From positions 372,001 through 436,000 of the forward strand of contig OX597826.1 in the NCBI GenBank assembly GCA_951406725.2: a stretch of DNA of 64,000 nt. Direction: 5' to 3'. How positions within the stretch are numbered: position 1 is the first letter of the stretch; every line of letters starts with the position of its first letter. Source of the stretch: Octopus vulgaris (lineage: Eukaryota). Shown one piece after another: positions 1-15,625 of this stretch. A program made the translations under genes and the position numbers. Below the pieces are notes generated by a model. It did not search any database. It was not told the DNA's origin and was given only the letters and a program-made list of their open reading frames with translations.

Positions 1-1476
1 CTAGATAAAAGCAATGAAATAAAGGAATTAGACCAAAGCCAAACTTACAAATACTTAGGAATCCATGAACTAGATAAGACACAACACACACAAATGAAAG
101 AGAAAATAAAAAAAGAATATTATAGACGAGTTAGATCAATACTAAAAACAGAGCTCAATGCTAAAAACAAGATAATAGTTATCAACACTTTAGCTGTCCC
201 AGTTATAAGTTACAGCTACAATATCCTTAACTGGACACGAAATGAACTGTCCAAAATAGATAGGAAAACAAGAAAAATACTGACAGGATCTAGGATGCAT
301 CACCCAAAATCTGACATAGAAAGACTATATATACAACGTATAGAAGGTGGTAGAGGCCTTATACAGCTGGAAAACTACTATAAAATAACCACCATAGGAC
401 TGCAAAAATACCTACTTCAGAAGGAAGGAAAACTGATCCAGATAGCAGCAAAACACGAGCAAAACAAAAAACTGTTCTCAGTATTTAAGCAAGCTGACAA
501 ATACAAACAAGAAATCCTACCACCTAATAAACACGAAGAAGAAGAAGATGATGAAGGAACAACAAAAGCTATAAAACAAATGAAATCCAAACAGCAACGA
601 ACCATGATAAAACGATGGCAAGAAAAACCCCTTCATGGTAAATACTGCACTAAACTAAACGCAAAAGAAATAGACAAAGAAAAATCCCAGCAATGGTTGA
701 GAAGCTCAGGACTCAAAGCAGAAACAGAGGGATTTTTAATTGCAGCACAAGATCAAAGCCTCCCCACTAGAAATTACCAAAAACATGTAATGAAAAGAAA
801 TATAACAAGTAACTGCAGAATATGTGGAGATGAACAAGAAACAATAAATCATATTATCTCTAGTTGCCCAGTCCTGGCTAAGAAGGAATATATTCACAGA
901 CATGACAGAGTTGGAACCTACATACATTGGAAGCTATGCCAACATTATGGAATAACAACAGAAAAAAGATGGTATAGGCACACACCAGAAAAGGTCACAG
1001 AAAACGAGAAAGCAACCATACTCTGGGATATGCCGATACACACAGATAGAGAAATTAAGGACAACAGACCAGATATAGTTGTCAGAGATCATGAAGAAAA
1101 AAATGCTTTCTAATTGATGTATCAATACCGGCAGATGACAACGTGTCTCTAAAAGAAATGGAGAAACTCTCAAAATACAAAGACCTGGAAATAGAGGTAA
1201 CTAGAATGTGGAATCTGAAAACAGAAACAATTCCTATCATAGTAGGTGCATTAGGCATGATAAAAAAATATTCAGACAAATACATAACAAAAACACCAGG
1301 ACTTACAAACACATATAACATACAGAAAAGTGCACTACTAGGCACTGCACACATCCTACGCAGAACACTTTCCATACAATAACCATCAGAGCATCACAAC
1401 AAATCACAGCACATACCCAAGGCACACAGAGCTGCGCTCGGTAGTGAAGTGAAAGCACGCTATAAAAATAAAACTA

Positions 1477-1480
<4 letters not shown>
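1..1480 (+). mobile_element. R4/Dong-type RLE non-LTR retrotransposon, 3' part (family 1)
   Basis: CRICG..ETINHIISSC zinc knuckle, RHD motif, NRPDIVV..LIDVSIP restriction-like endonuclease, KY.DL motif; one frameshift near 1100; (TAA)n tail. Confidence 0.9.
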
Positions 1481-1716
<236 letters not shown>

Positions 1717-1760
1717 AAACAACCATATAATACTAACATTGTATTTCTCTATATTTTCAG

Positions 1761-1843
1761 ACGTACCCAAACTGTATGCTCATAGCAGTGTCATCTCTGG
1801 TGCTTTCATTGCAGCAGTCGCCTTCAAGAAGTTACTTCTTTAA
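1761..1843 (+). CDS. Terminal exon of an upstream paralog (earlier exons outside the window)
   Basis: Identical to 61937..62019 including the acceptor; 3' UTR nearly identical. Confidence 0.8.
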
Positions 1844-2003
1844 AATTTTTATTATGATATTCATAAAATTGATAAATATATGTTGATTTAAAAGTTGTAA
1901 ACTTGCTTTCTAAATGAATGTACGAGTTCAAAGAGTACAAATTCTTGTTGTCTTAATTGTATGTTGATATGCAAATTATAATTTGAGCTGCCCTAAACTT
2001 TGA

Positions 2004-2009
2004 AATAAA
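2004..2009 (+). terminator. Polyadenylation signal of the upstream paralog
   Basis: AATAAA at the position equivalent to 62180. Confidence 0.55.
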
Positions 2010-2499
2010 GTAAAATTTATTACAATAATACTTAGTTTCGTTTCATTAGGTTCCGTGGATCTCAATGTTTTACGACATAAAGACAGAGAGACATACATAT
2101 AAATACATTCTTACATGCACTAATCTTGAGAAATCATGGTTCTGAAAATCAGAAAGGAGAAACCTAATTAGAAGACTACAGTTATATGCCATCAATGGAA
2201 CTGTCAAATCATGTAAAAAAAATTCCCAAAGTACATATGCACTTATATAGACACGCGAATATACGTATGAGCATACATTCAGAAAACGAAACACACGCCT
2301 TTACATGCATTCACTTCAAATATTTGCACATATTCACGCATACATGCAAAAACTATATTCTCGGTATTGTTGAAATTCTAAGGAAGCCTTGTATCTTGAG
2401 TAGAAATCGGGCCTTTCTCAATTGGCAAGAAATATAGACATAAAACTAAATAATAACATACATACATACATATATACATATGCAAAACACAGTAGAACT

Positions 2500-2620
2500 G
2501 GCACGAAGCGCAGCCTCTCTTGGACACAAGGCCACTACATCACATCACACTTTGAAGGTTATGTGTTTGCAATCCAGGAACAGGAGATTCCCACAAAGTA
2601 CTTGCTGGACAAGCGGGACA
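2500..2620 (+). mobile_element. Short RLE-LINE fragment (paralog at about 25160..25280)
   Basis: SHFEGYVFAIQEQEIPTKY resembles the ETEGFLIAAQDQSLPTRNY motif of the Dong elements. Confidence 0.55.
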
Positions 2621-3968
2621 GTGATGCTATTGTAATCTCAAGGCGCAAAATAGAAAACAATACGTTTGAACCAGTGGACAGCTCTCTGATATATGTAGCT
2701 GTTGGCGGCATCACGTAGACGAGGGACTGGAAGGCGGCAGGTAAACGGCCGCGTGCATGCGCCGGCGGTAACGACCACGCCCTAGCGGCATGGTCGGCGG
2801 GGGAGCCGCCAGGCTAGCACCATCGGCGGCGCTAAAGACCACGCGCGTCAGTTTCAGAACGTGTATTCGTGCGGTAAGCACGAACAGATGCACGAAAGCG
2901 CGGCGTAGGGTGAGGAGCCATCAGCGTTGTGCACACAAGGGAAATGAGATAAGGGACTACCTACATCAGCTTCCTATTGTTTCCATGCTATAGACGTCGT
3001 CATGGCAATCGTTATGTAAAAACTAACGCTTCCTTTTTCCGATCTGAGATTCGAAACTGAATCTCAGGATTCTCGCTCATCTGATCCACCATTGGTGAAA
3101 GAGGAGGCGCTAGAGAAATTTCATAGTCCTGACAAAAGATAATACATGAATTTTCATTTCGAACTTTGACACTAGTTATTTCACACCAGTTGACCTAACT
3201 TACTCCTGATGACCATCATATAAATCTAACACTTTGGCCAATCAGCCAACATATATTTAGCAGTCGCAGAACACACCACACACACACACTCATATATATA
3301 CATATATATACATATATACGTCGGGCTTCTTTCAGTTTCCGTCTACCAAATCCACTCACAAGGCTTTGGTCGGCCCGAGGCTATAGTAAAAGACAGTTGC
3401 CCAAGGTTCCACGCAGTGTGACTGAACACGGAACCATGTGTTTCGTAAGCAAGCTACTTACCACAAAACCAATCTTATGACTATAGCAAACTAATAATGT
3501 TTAAAATCAATTAATTGAATTCCACGTTAGCCATACGAAGTATTGGCTATAAAACAGGACTTGGTCATTTGACTATAAAACAGGACTTTTTCCACGAGAC
3601 ACTTATATTGTGAGATGGCACGCGACTTCATTCACTACTGAAATTTGCTAACGCGACTTTCCAGCTGTTTCGGTGTCCTATTTCCGGCATATTGTTCCGG
3701 AACCCAAACAGATGGGTGCGAAATGCTGGTGGCATTCAGATGCCCACTGATGATACGGTATAGAAACGTATTCAGAAGAAGAATTCGCAGAAACTCTGAA
3801 TAGCTGCAACAGTTTCCATATAGTGCAATGCAACTCCGATATTTATTTCACCTTACGTTTAATTTAAATTACCACTACATCGCCTTAAGTTAGCTATTTG
3901 ATACACAAACTGTATCCATATAACCTTCGAACAAGGGAGGTCAGTCGCTCCACACTACTTGATCGACA

Positions 3969-4010
3969 GCTACAGACGCGTTTCGGGGTATTGCCCCTTT
4001 TCAATGTAGC
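3969..4010 (-). ncRNA. Minimal type I hammerhead ribozyme motif (variant core)
   Basis: Minus strand GCTACA-TTGAAAA-GGGG-CAATA-CCCC-GAAA-CGCG-TC-TGTAGC: 6-bp stem I, 4-bp stem II, palindromic stem III, GUC site. Confidence 0.75.
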
Positions 4011-4175
4011 GTAGTCAGACCAGTAGGTGTCGATTCCGACAATCTCTGTTCGAAGGTTTTATTTACCTAGTTTCAGTGGAATACATCCACTTGTTTTCAA
4101 TAATAGAAATATTAAAATTACTAAGTCTCTCTAAAAGAGATCACGGCAGCTTTCCTGGAAAATAATAGTTATATA

Positions 4176-4214
<39 letters not shown>

Positions 4215-4408
4215 TATATGCGTCGTGGTTCTTTCAGCTTCCGTCTAACAAATCCACTCACAATGGTTTGGTCGGCTCGAGACTATAGTAGAAGACACCT
4301 GCCCAACGTGCCACGCAGTGCGACTGAACCAGGAACCATGTGGTTGGAAAGCAAGCTTTTTACCACACAACCAATCTGTACATATTGATATACATATATA
4401 CATATAAA

Positions 4409-4539
4409 TTTCTTCTTCTTCTTCTTCTTCTTCTTCTTCTTCTTCTTCTTCTTCTTCTTCTTCTTCTTCTTCTTCTTCTTCTTCTTCTTCTTCTTCTTCT
4501 TCTTCTTCTTCTTCGTCTTCTTCTTCTTCTTCGTCTTCT
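4409..4539 (+). repeat. (TTC)n microsatellite (paralog 13124..13226)
   Basis: Read directly; the block 4220..5038 is duplicated at 12935..13697. Confidence 0.95.
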
Positions 4540-4814
4540 CATTTATATAAATATATATATAAATACACACGCACGTAGACACACATACGTCTATATTATT
4601 TTTATTTTACTCTTTTACTTCTATGTGTCATTTGAGTGTGGTCATGCTGGAGCAACACCTTTTATTCGAGCAAATCGAAATCAGGACTTATTCTTTGTAA
4701 GCCTAGTGCTTATTCTATCGTCCTCTTTTGCCAAATCGCTAAGTTACGGGACGTAAACACACCACAATCGGTTGACAAGCGATGATGAGAGGGGGGAAAC
4801 ACAGACACTAACAT

Positions 4815-4851
<37 letters not shown>

Positions 4852-5060
4852 CATATACACACACATATATATATATACATATACCCAACGGGCTTCTTTC
4901 CGTTTCCGTTTCAGTCACAAGGTTTTGGTCGGCCCAAAGCTAAAGTAGAAGACACTTGCCCAAGGTGCCACGCAGTGGGACTGAACCTAGAACCTTGTGG
5001 TTGGTAAGCAAGCTACTTACAGACAGCCATTCCTGCGCCTATTAGAAATAATTTATATAA

Positions 5061-5451
5061 AACTAGCAGTATCACCTGGTGTTGCTTCGGTTTGTTTAGA
5101 CTCTTTAGGATTGGAATTTTTGAAAAGTAAAAATCTTTCATTATGCAACTTATTCTCTTCAAGTGAACATTTTTCCAAATGAAATACACCGAAAAATGGT
5201 GACACAGCAGTCATAAATCGTAAAAAAATAGGGATTTTCATAGAAAAAAAAGCACCTTTTTGATGTAAATAATTTTTGGTCTTAACATGGTCCGATTTGA
5301 ATTTTATCTTCTACAGAATGAAGAGCAAGCCTTCTTCTATCATACTCTCAATTTTGGTCAACTTGCGCTGCAGGGTCTCGGAGGAGATAGTGTTAGTTGA
5401 AGGCTACCAAACCTGCCACACACAGACAACTTCAGCTTTGTATATAGAGAT
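5061..5451 (+). mobile_element. Helentron-associated / DINE-1-like non-autonomous element (related tandem pieces continue to about 6161)
   Basis: Starts ACTAGCAGTATCACCTGGTGTTGCT and ends CACAGACAACTTCAGCTTTGTATATAGAGAT; related termini at 9398..9795. Family assignment is from recalled terminal motifs. Confidence 0.6.
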
Positions 5452-6474
5452 TTGTACACACTACTTTCCATCCATAATAATGAAACTTGGTAGATCCAAA
5501 AGTTAAACACACAGACACACACACAGATACACACACAGACACACAGGTTGAGTTTTATATATATAGATTTCTCAACGGGGATTTCAGGGGAGCTTTTTAG
5601 GGAGTCGCTGGCGATGTATCGTGATGATCAAAAATCCGGCACGCTAAAATTTGGTTAAAGTGATTCAAACTGCAGACTCAACGCAAAATGGTCACATTTA
5701 ATTCAAAGCGTTAAAATGTTATGAAAACAATTGGTATGTGTTCACAAAGTCCAAACGATAAAAAACGAAAAAACCCTCCAGGCTACATCCCGAAAATTCA
5801 TTTCTTTGCCGAATTTCTACAAGGTTTACGGCGATTCGTTTTTATATCTTGATCTTTTATTTTTCATGCAATTTACGCATGCTTGCACGCGTGGTGAACA
5901 CAGTTCACGTCAAACAGCTGACTGAGTAAAGTTCACTATTCAATGCATGGGATAAGGCCTAAACAAACACATTATCGATTTTTGCTCTTGCGAGATGAAT
6001 TTCGGAACAGAAATAGCGCAGTTCAATTTTCATTCGCCTAAACTTTAAGTGACCCATTTTTTGTGGTTCTACGATTTGTTGGCTAGGAGGAGATGTGCCG
6101 GGAAGTTAAACATACAGACACACACACACAGACACACAAGTTGAGTTTTATATATATAGATTCCTCTTCATTTCACTGATAATATGCATAAAGTAGGTGT
6201 GGCTGTAAGCTTAAGAAACTTGTTTCGTAAACACGTTGTTGCAAGCTCAGTCCGACTGCGTGGCACACCTTAACCAGTTGTCTTCACCGGCGGCAGCGGT
6301 GGTAGTAGTAGTAGTGATGATATCGGTGGTGGCGGCGGCGGCGGTGGTAGTGGTAGTGGTAGTGGTGGTGGTAATGGTGGTAATGGTGGTGTTGGTGGAT
6401 GTAGTAGCGGTGGTGGTGGTAGTAGTTTTTGTTGTTGTTGTTTAAACCCAGCTCAACCGTGTTTGGCCAGATCT

Positions 6475-7112
6475 GGGATCTTTTCCTTTTGAACGGCAGA
6501 TGTCAACACAATTTCTAGTTAACTAAACACTTTTAAACTTCGTATACTGATAGAATGTGTTTATAAAACATCATTTTCTCTGGTTTTATTGAGAAAATTC
6601 TACAGTTTGTAAGATATTTCGTCTGAAAATCCGAGCATTTCGGCAATTTTAATCAATCGATTACCTACGTTCAACTAAAATCATTTGCTGCGTCTAAAAC
6701 TGAGACATCCTGTAACTAAACCTAAACCTCCCCCCTAACCCTAACCCTAAATTTTTTTTCTTAATTGTTAAATTAATTTTAAATTAGTTTTTTTTTACAG
6801 GAGTAACAATTATATTAATTTAACAATTAAGAAAAAAAAATTAGGGTTAGGGTTAGGGTTAGGGGGGGGAGATTTAGGGTTAGTTACAGGATGTTGTCTC
6901 AGTTTTAGACGCAGCAAATGATTTTAGCTCAAAAGAGAGTATAGGATTGGTTAAAATTCGAAAAATTAAACTACATTAAACAAACAAATTATAATTTTCT
7001 CAAGAAAGCCAAGAGAAAAAAATGTTTTATTTTGACACATTCTACCAGTATACGAAGTTTTAAAGTGTTTAGTTAACTAGAAATTGTCTGCCGTTCAAAA
7101 GGAAAAGATCCC
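6475..7112. mobile_element. Fold-back non-autonomous DNA element with internal (CCCTAA)n/(TTAGGG)n
   Basis: Termini GGGATCTTTTCCTTTTGAACGGCAGA and their exact inverse; imperfect arms of about 300 bp; AGATCT duplicated at 6469..6474 and 7113..7118; empty sites at 14286 and 42339. Confidence 0.9.
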
Positions 7113-7621
7113 AGATCTGTGATCAAAGTATTTCCAACCATGACTGTTTTGTCATTTTCTTCCTGACATTAAGTACCTTATCATTGTATCCAATGAAACA
7201 AGTAAAAGAGTAAAGAGTAAAGAGTAAATATAATACACGATAGTGTAATTTAATATAGGACAATGTAGTGTAGTTTAGTAAAAGCTTGAAATAGTTTATT
7301 TGTTTTTTAAGCGCAGGTGCGTCGTTGAGAAACTTACTTCCCAGCCATGTGGTCATGCGTTCAATCTCACTGCACGGTACCTTAGGCAAGTGTCTTTTTC
7401 TATAGCCCTGGATCATACAATGCCTAGTTAGTGGATTTGGTCAACGGCAACTGAAACTGTTATATATATATATATGGGGGGGGGGGAGTGTGTGTGTGTG
7501 TGCGTGTGTGTGTGTATGTACATACAAATACTCTAATAAGGAACAATGAGAATGAGTGCACAACACTGCATCGGTGGATAAATATTCTTCATTTGTGAGT
7601 GTATGTATATATATATATATG

Positions 7622-7687
<66 letters not shown>

Positions 7688-7822
7688 GACATAGGCACGT
7701 GTGTCTTTATGCTTGTGTTTGTCCCCCGTCACTGCTTGACTATCAATGCTGGTTTGTTTCCGTCCAAGTAGCTTAAAGGTTCGGCAAAAGAAACCTACAG
7801 AAGCTATACTAGGGCTACAAAG

Positions 7823-7916
<94 letters not shown>

Positions 7917-8062
7917 AATAAATAAATAAATAAATACATAAATTCGCCTAGAACTTCTTCAATCGATGCTGCAGCTTAGCTACAGGTCAATGATTACAAA
8001 GAAGTAAAATATGTGTGTGTGTGTGTGTATCATATATGTATATACATGTATATGTATATATG

Positions 8063-8096
<34 letters not shown>

Positions 8097-8116
8097 TTAT
8101 ATATATATATATATAT

Positions 8117-8172
<56 letters not shown>

Positions 8173-9072
8173 CTCTTATTATAAAAGGCAGATTTTATCT
8201 GCCTCCCTTTGTCAGTTATAGAAATCTACAATATAGGATTTCTTCAATTACAATTTACCTAGCATTTTTAAGAGTAGAATGCATCGGGTCATGCCAGGTC
8301 CAGTTTTTAAAATTTCAACCCCAATTAAGCAAAATTTACAGAAAACTCACATTGTGGTGTATGAGTCAAATGCTTCTCTTAATGTGGGCTACATCACTCG
8401 CACACACACACACAAAAAGGGAGCGATCTCATTCACTCACGCTATCACTCATTTCTACGACTTTCTCTTTGCAAGTAAAGTGAAACTAATTCGATAAAAC
8501 GAGAGAAGTGTACCTTAAACCACTACTAAAAAAAAAACAGCAAACAGAAACAAATAAATACATAACGATTTACTCCTCACACAATTTCTTCAATTAGAGT
8601 GTACCCATGATTTTTTCAGAGTACTTCCAGTGGGTGATGCCATAAAAAATTTCTTTCAATTTTACTACCAATTAAGACAAAATTCGAGAAAACTCAATAT
8701 TTTAACATTTCACTCCGAAAACATTGATGTACATGTGTGCGTGCGTGAGTGTGTGTGTGTCATTCCTCACACACACGCATACACATACATATATGAGAGT
8801 GGCAAACACAAACGTTTCAAACAACTACATACAAACACGTGTATGTTTGTTATTAGTAAAAAAGGCGCCAAAACACAACTCACTTATCATTCCAACACAT
8901 TTGCTATAACAATACAGAAAAGGTAAATTGGTTTTTATTTTACTCTGTATATATTTTATTATATAATATTATATATAGATAGATGTATATATAATTGCAG
9001 TATGAAACAGTGTTTATGTATAAACAGACGACACTTATATATAGTTATTAATAAATGTATGCATCCGTTTAA

Positions 9073-9385
9073 CCCTTTCGTTACCAAACCGCCCGAATTT
9101 ACCTATTCATATTTAAATGAGAATATCAGAGTAAATCTCTTTAGTACATTCGTGAAAACACGTATTATACTTCGTAAACACTTCAACTACAGTTTTGTAC
9201 AAAAATCGAAGTGTAATTTTAATTCCGTGAATTATGGGAGATTTTTTTCCGAAATTTGTTCCTATTGTGTTTTCAAAATTTGTAATTCTGACAAAAAATG
9301 GATACGAATTTCATTATATCAAGCAGCGAGTCAGAATTCGAAGGATTTTCTACTGAAGACCTTCATAAATCTAACTCTATGACTG
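9073..9385 (+). mobile_element. Possible piggyBac-like left end
   Basis: TTAA|CCCTTTCG terminus followed by an acidic N-terminus MDTNFIISSSESEFEGFSTED; no right end found. Confidence 0.4.
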
Positions 9386-9397
9386 AAAAAAAAAAGC

Positions 9398-9795
9398 ATC
9401 TTTATATAAGAGTGAAGTTGTGTGTCTGTCTCCTACGATTTAGATTCGTAACTACTCCCACATTTTGCGGTGCAGTTTAACCAAAAGCGTGTATCTTATA
9501 GTCGTGATTCATATCGAGCCCTTCTGGGTATTAGCGCGCGTCTACGATGAGTCTACGATTTAAAAAATATTTACCATCATATTTTTCCATTTTAATGCAT
9601 TTTTTTCGCTTTTATATAAGGGAAGTAACTCTCTAAAAATATCTACGATGTGTCAACGATTTAAAAAAAAAATTACCTTAATTTTTTTTCAATTTTTAAT
9701 GCATTTTTTGGCTATTTTTAGGCTATAACTCTCTAAAAATGCTTATATAGTTATTTCCCTTACAAACCCGAGCAACGCCGGGCGATACTGCTAGT
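9398..9795 (-). mobile_element. Helentron-associated / DINE-1-like element
   Basis: Minus strand begins ACTAGCAGTATCGCCCGGCGTTGCTCGGGTTTG and ends GACACACAACTTCACTCTTATATAAAGAT. Confidence 0.6.
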
Positions 9796-9853
9796 ATATA
9801 TATATACTATACTAGTATATATAGTATACTATATATATACTATATATATATAC

Positions 9854-12909
<3,056 letters not shown>

Positions 12910-13123
12910 TAGATATACATACATATATATATAAGCGTCGGGCTTCTTTCAGCTTCCGTCCAACAAATCCACTCACAAGGCGTTGAACGGCCCGAGGCTA
13001 TAGTAGAAGGCACATGCCCAACGTGCCACGCAGTGCGACTGAACCCGGAACCATGTGGTTGGGAAGCAAGCTTTTTACCACTCAACCACTCTGCACATAT
13101 TGATATACATATATACATATAAA

Positions 13124-13261
<138 letters not shown>

Positions 13262-13758
13262 TACACGTAGACACACATACTTTTATATATATTATTTTTC
13301 TTTTACTTTTTTACTTGTATCAGTCATTTGACTGCGGTCATGCTGGAGCACCGCCTCTTTTTCGAGCAAATCGAACTCAGGACTTATTCGTTGTAAGTCT
13401 AGTACTTATTCTATTGTCCTCTTTGGCCGAATCGCTAAGTTACGGGAAGTGAACACACCACCATCGGTTGACAAGCGATGATTGGGGGAAGGGGGGATAC
13501 AGACACACACACACATACACACACACATATATATACATATATGCAACGGGCTTCTTTCCGTTTCCGTTTCAGTCACAAGGATTTGGTCGGTACAAAGCAA
13601 TAGTAGAAGACACTTGCCCAAGGTGCCACGCAGTGGGACTGAACCTCGAGCCATGCCGTTTGTAAGCAAGCTACTTACCACACAGCCACACCTGCGCTTC
13701 ATACATATATATATATATATATATATGTGTGTGTATATATAAATATATATATATATAT

Positions 13759-13825
<67 letters not shown>

Positions 13826-14350
13826 AAACAAAGTAAAATTGGATGGTACCGCACAGGTGAAAATATATAGGAAAGATGATTTGAAAATAAAGAGGTCTTT
13901 TAAAGATGTCTTACATTTTCAAATCCCCTTCCCTATATATATATATATTTAAATATAATTTAAATATCGATCTTATCAAATGACCAGTATGGGAAAAAAA
14001 CCTTCAAGGTAAGAATTATTAATAAATTTATAATTTAGGGTATCTAAGAGATACCGCCAGGCTGGAAATAGCAGCCAAAATCTGACTCTAAAACCACATT
14101 AAACATTCATAGAGCACCAGGAGATAAGACAAACTGACAACATAAACTAGCAAAAAATTACTGGATCTAGTGGTAACGGTGGTGGTGGTAATGGGGGTAG
14201 TGTTGGCGGTAGTGGTGGTGGTGGTGGTGGTGGTAGTACTTTTTGTTGTTGTTGTTGTTTAAACCCAGTTCAACCTTGTTTGGCCAGATCTGTGATCAAA
14301 GTGATTCCAACCATGACTGTCTTCACTGGACCTTTCCCACGGTGTAACTA

Positions 14351-14919
14351 TTGGGTTGTCCGGAAAGATCGTGCCGATTTATAGTAGCTTACCTTTCGAC
14401 TTATTTTAGAACATGGTTGAGTTCCTAAAATAGGATTTGACGACACCTCCATTTAGAGCACAGTTTAAGCTATCTTTTCGTGGAAGAAGGTTCATGTTCC
14501 TATAACCTGTGTTAATTCTGTAATCCTTTAAAATGGAAGATAAGAAAGTTCATTTTCGGCACTTGATGCTTTGGAAACCAGACAAAGAATTGCTGCAGCT
14601 CGGCTGGAATGTGTTACTCCAGCCGCCATATTCACCAGATATTGCTCCATCGGATTTCCACTAATTCAAGTCTCTGCAGAATAGACTTTTAATGGTAAAA
14701 ATTTCAATTCCTTGGATGACGTAAATAGATACTTTGATGAATTCTTTGCTATGAAACCACCTCAATTCTGGGAAGAGGGTATTATCAAGTTAAAGAAAAG
14801 ATGGAAACGCATTGTGCAACAAAATAGTTCATATTTGGTTGATTAAAAATGTAATGACAAGTGTTTATTGACCTTTTCCTTTCTTTTAAAAATCGGCAGG
14901 AACTTTCCGGACAACCAAA
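14351..14919 (+). mobile_element. Internally deleted mariner element with both TIRs (paralog about 42690..43205)
   Basis: TA|TTGGGTTGTCCGGAAAG...GAACTTTCCGGACAACCAAA|TA; transposase start MEDKKVHFRHLML and PPYSPDIAPSDFH motif. Confidence 0.9.
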
Positions 14920-15588
14920 TATATTTGAAGATCTACACTTGTACACTATTTTCTTGCTTTTTGTATATCCTTCTTTACTCCTTGGGGCAAGATGGCGAGA
15001 TTGCTGGGGTGGGGTTCCTTGTAACAAGAGTCGGGTAGTTAGTTCCTGGTCCAAGACACTTGGCAATAGGTATATGTCAAGTCCTTTATTCCTTCCTAAG
15101 CGTTAAATTAACCAGTTAGTAGCGTTTGTTGTTTTCGTGTTCACTTATAGAATACACACACACGCACACACACTCACACACACACACACGCATACACACA
15201 CACACACATATATATATACATGTATACATACATACACACACACATACACACACATACACACACACAGGCATACATAAATACATGTTTCTGTCTCTGTGCG
15301 CGCGCCCATGCGTATATATATGTAACTGCCTTGTTTGTATTGGACGGAAGAGCCGCACCTGCAACAATCACGGCTGAAAATTACTGAGAAATAAAGGAAA
15401 TAAAAAGTGTCGCTGTCTGCTAACCTAACAATTCGCTTCAGTTACGTCGGCTGACAACTACACTTGAAGGAGCAACAGTTTTGCGTCCAGTCAAAAGAAA
15501 AAACAAAACTATCCTATAGTCTTAAAAGTAATCAACGTTCAGCGTTAATTTTCCTACATACAGTAAGAAAACTAAAAATCTTACCACC

Positions 15589-15625
15589 ATGAACGGATTA
15601 TATTATGGAATATGCCTTTTATTCG
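15589..15625 (+). pseudogene. Orphan exon 1 of the middle gene copy (exons 2-4 lost)
   Basis: Identical to 43919..43955 with intact ATG context and gtaagt donor. No exon 2, 3 or 4 sequence seen in 15.6-26.5 kb although the flanking intron sequence is present. Confidence 0.8.

Noticed and set aside
3742-3776. CTGATGA...GAAA..TA hammerhead-like core (also near 26350)
   Set aside because: Stem I cannot be formed and stem II is only about 2 bp.
6841-6883. (TTAGGG)n as a chromosome end or fusion scar
   Set aside because: Short and symmetrically placed inside a transposon with a duplicated target site.
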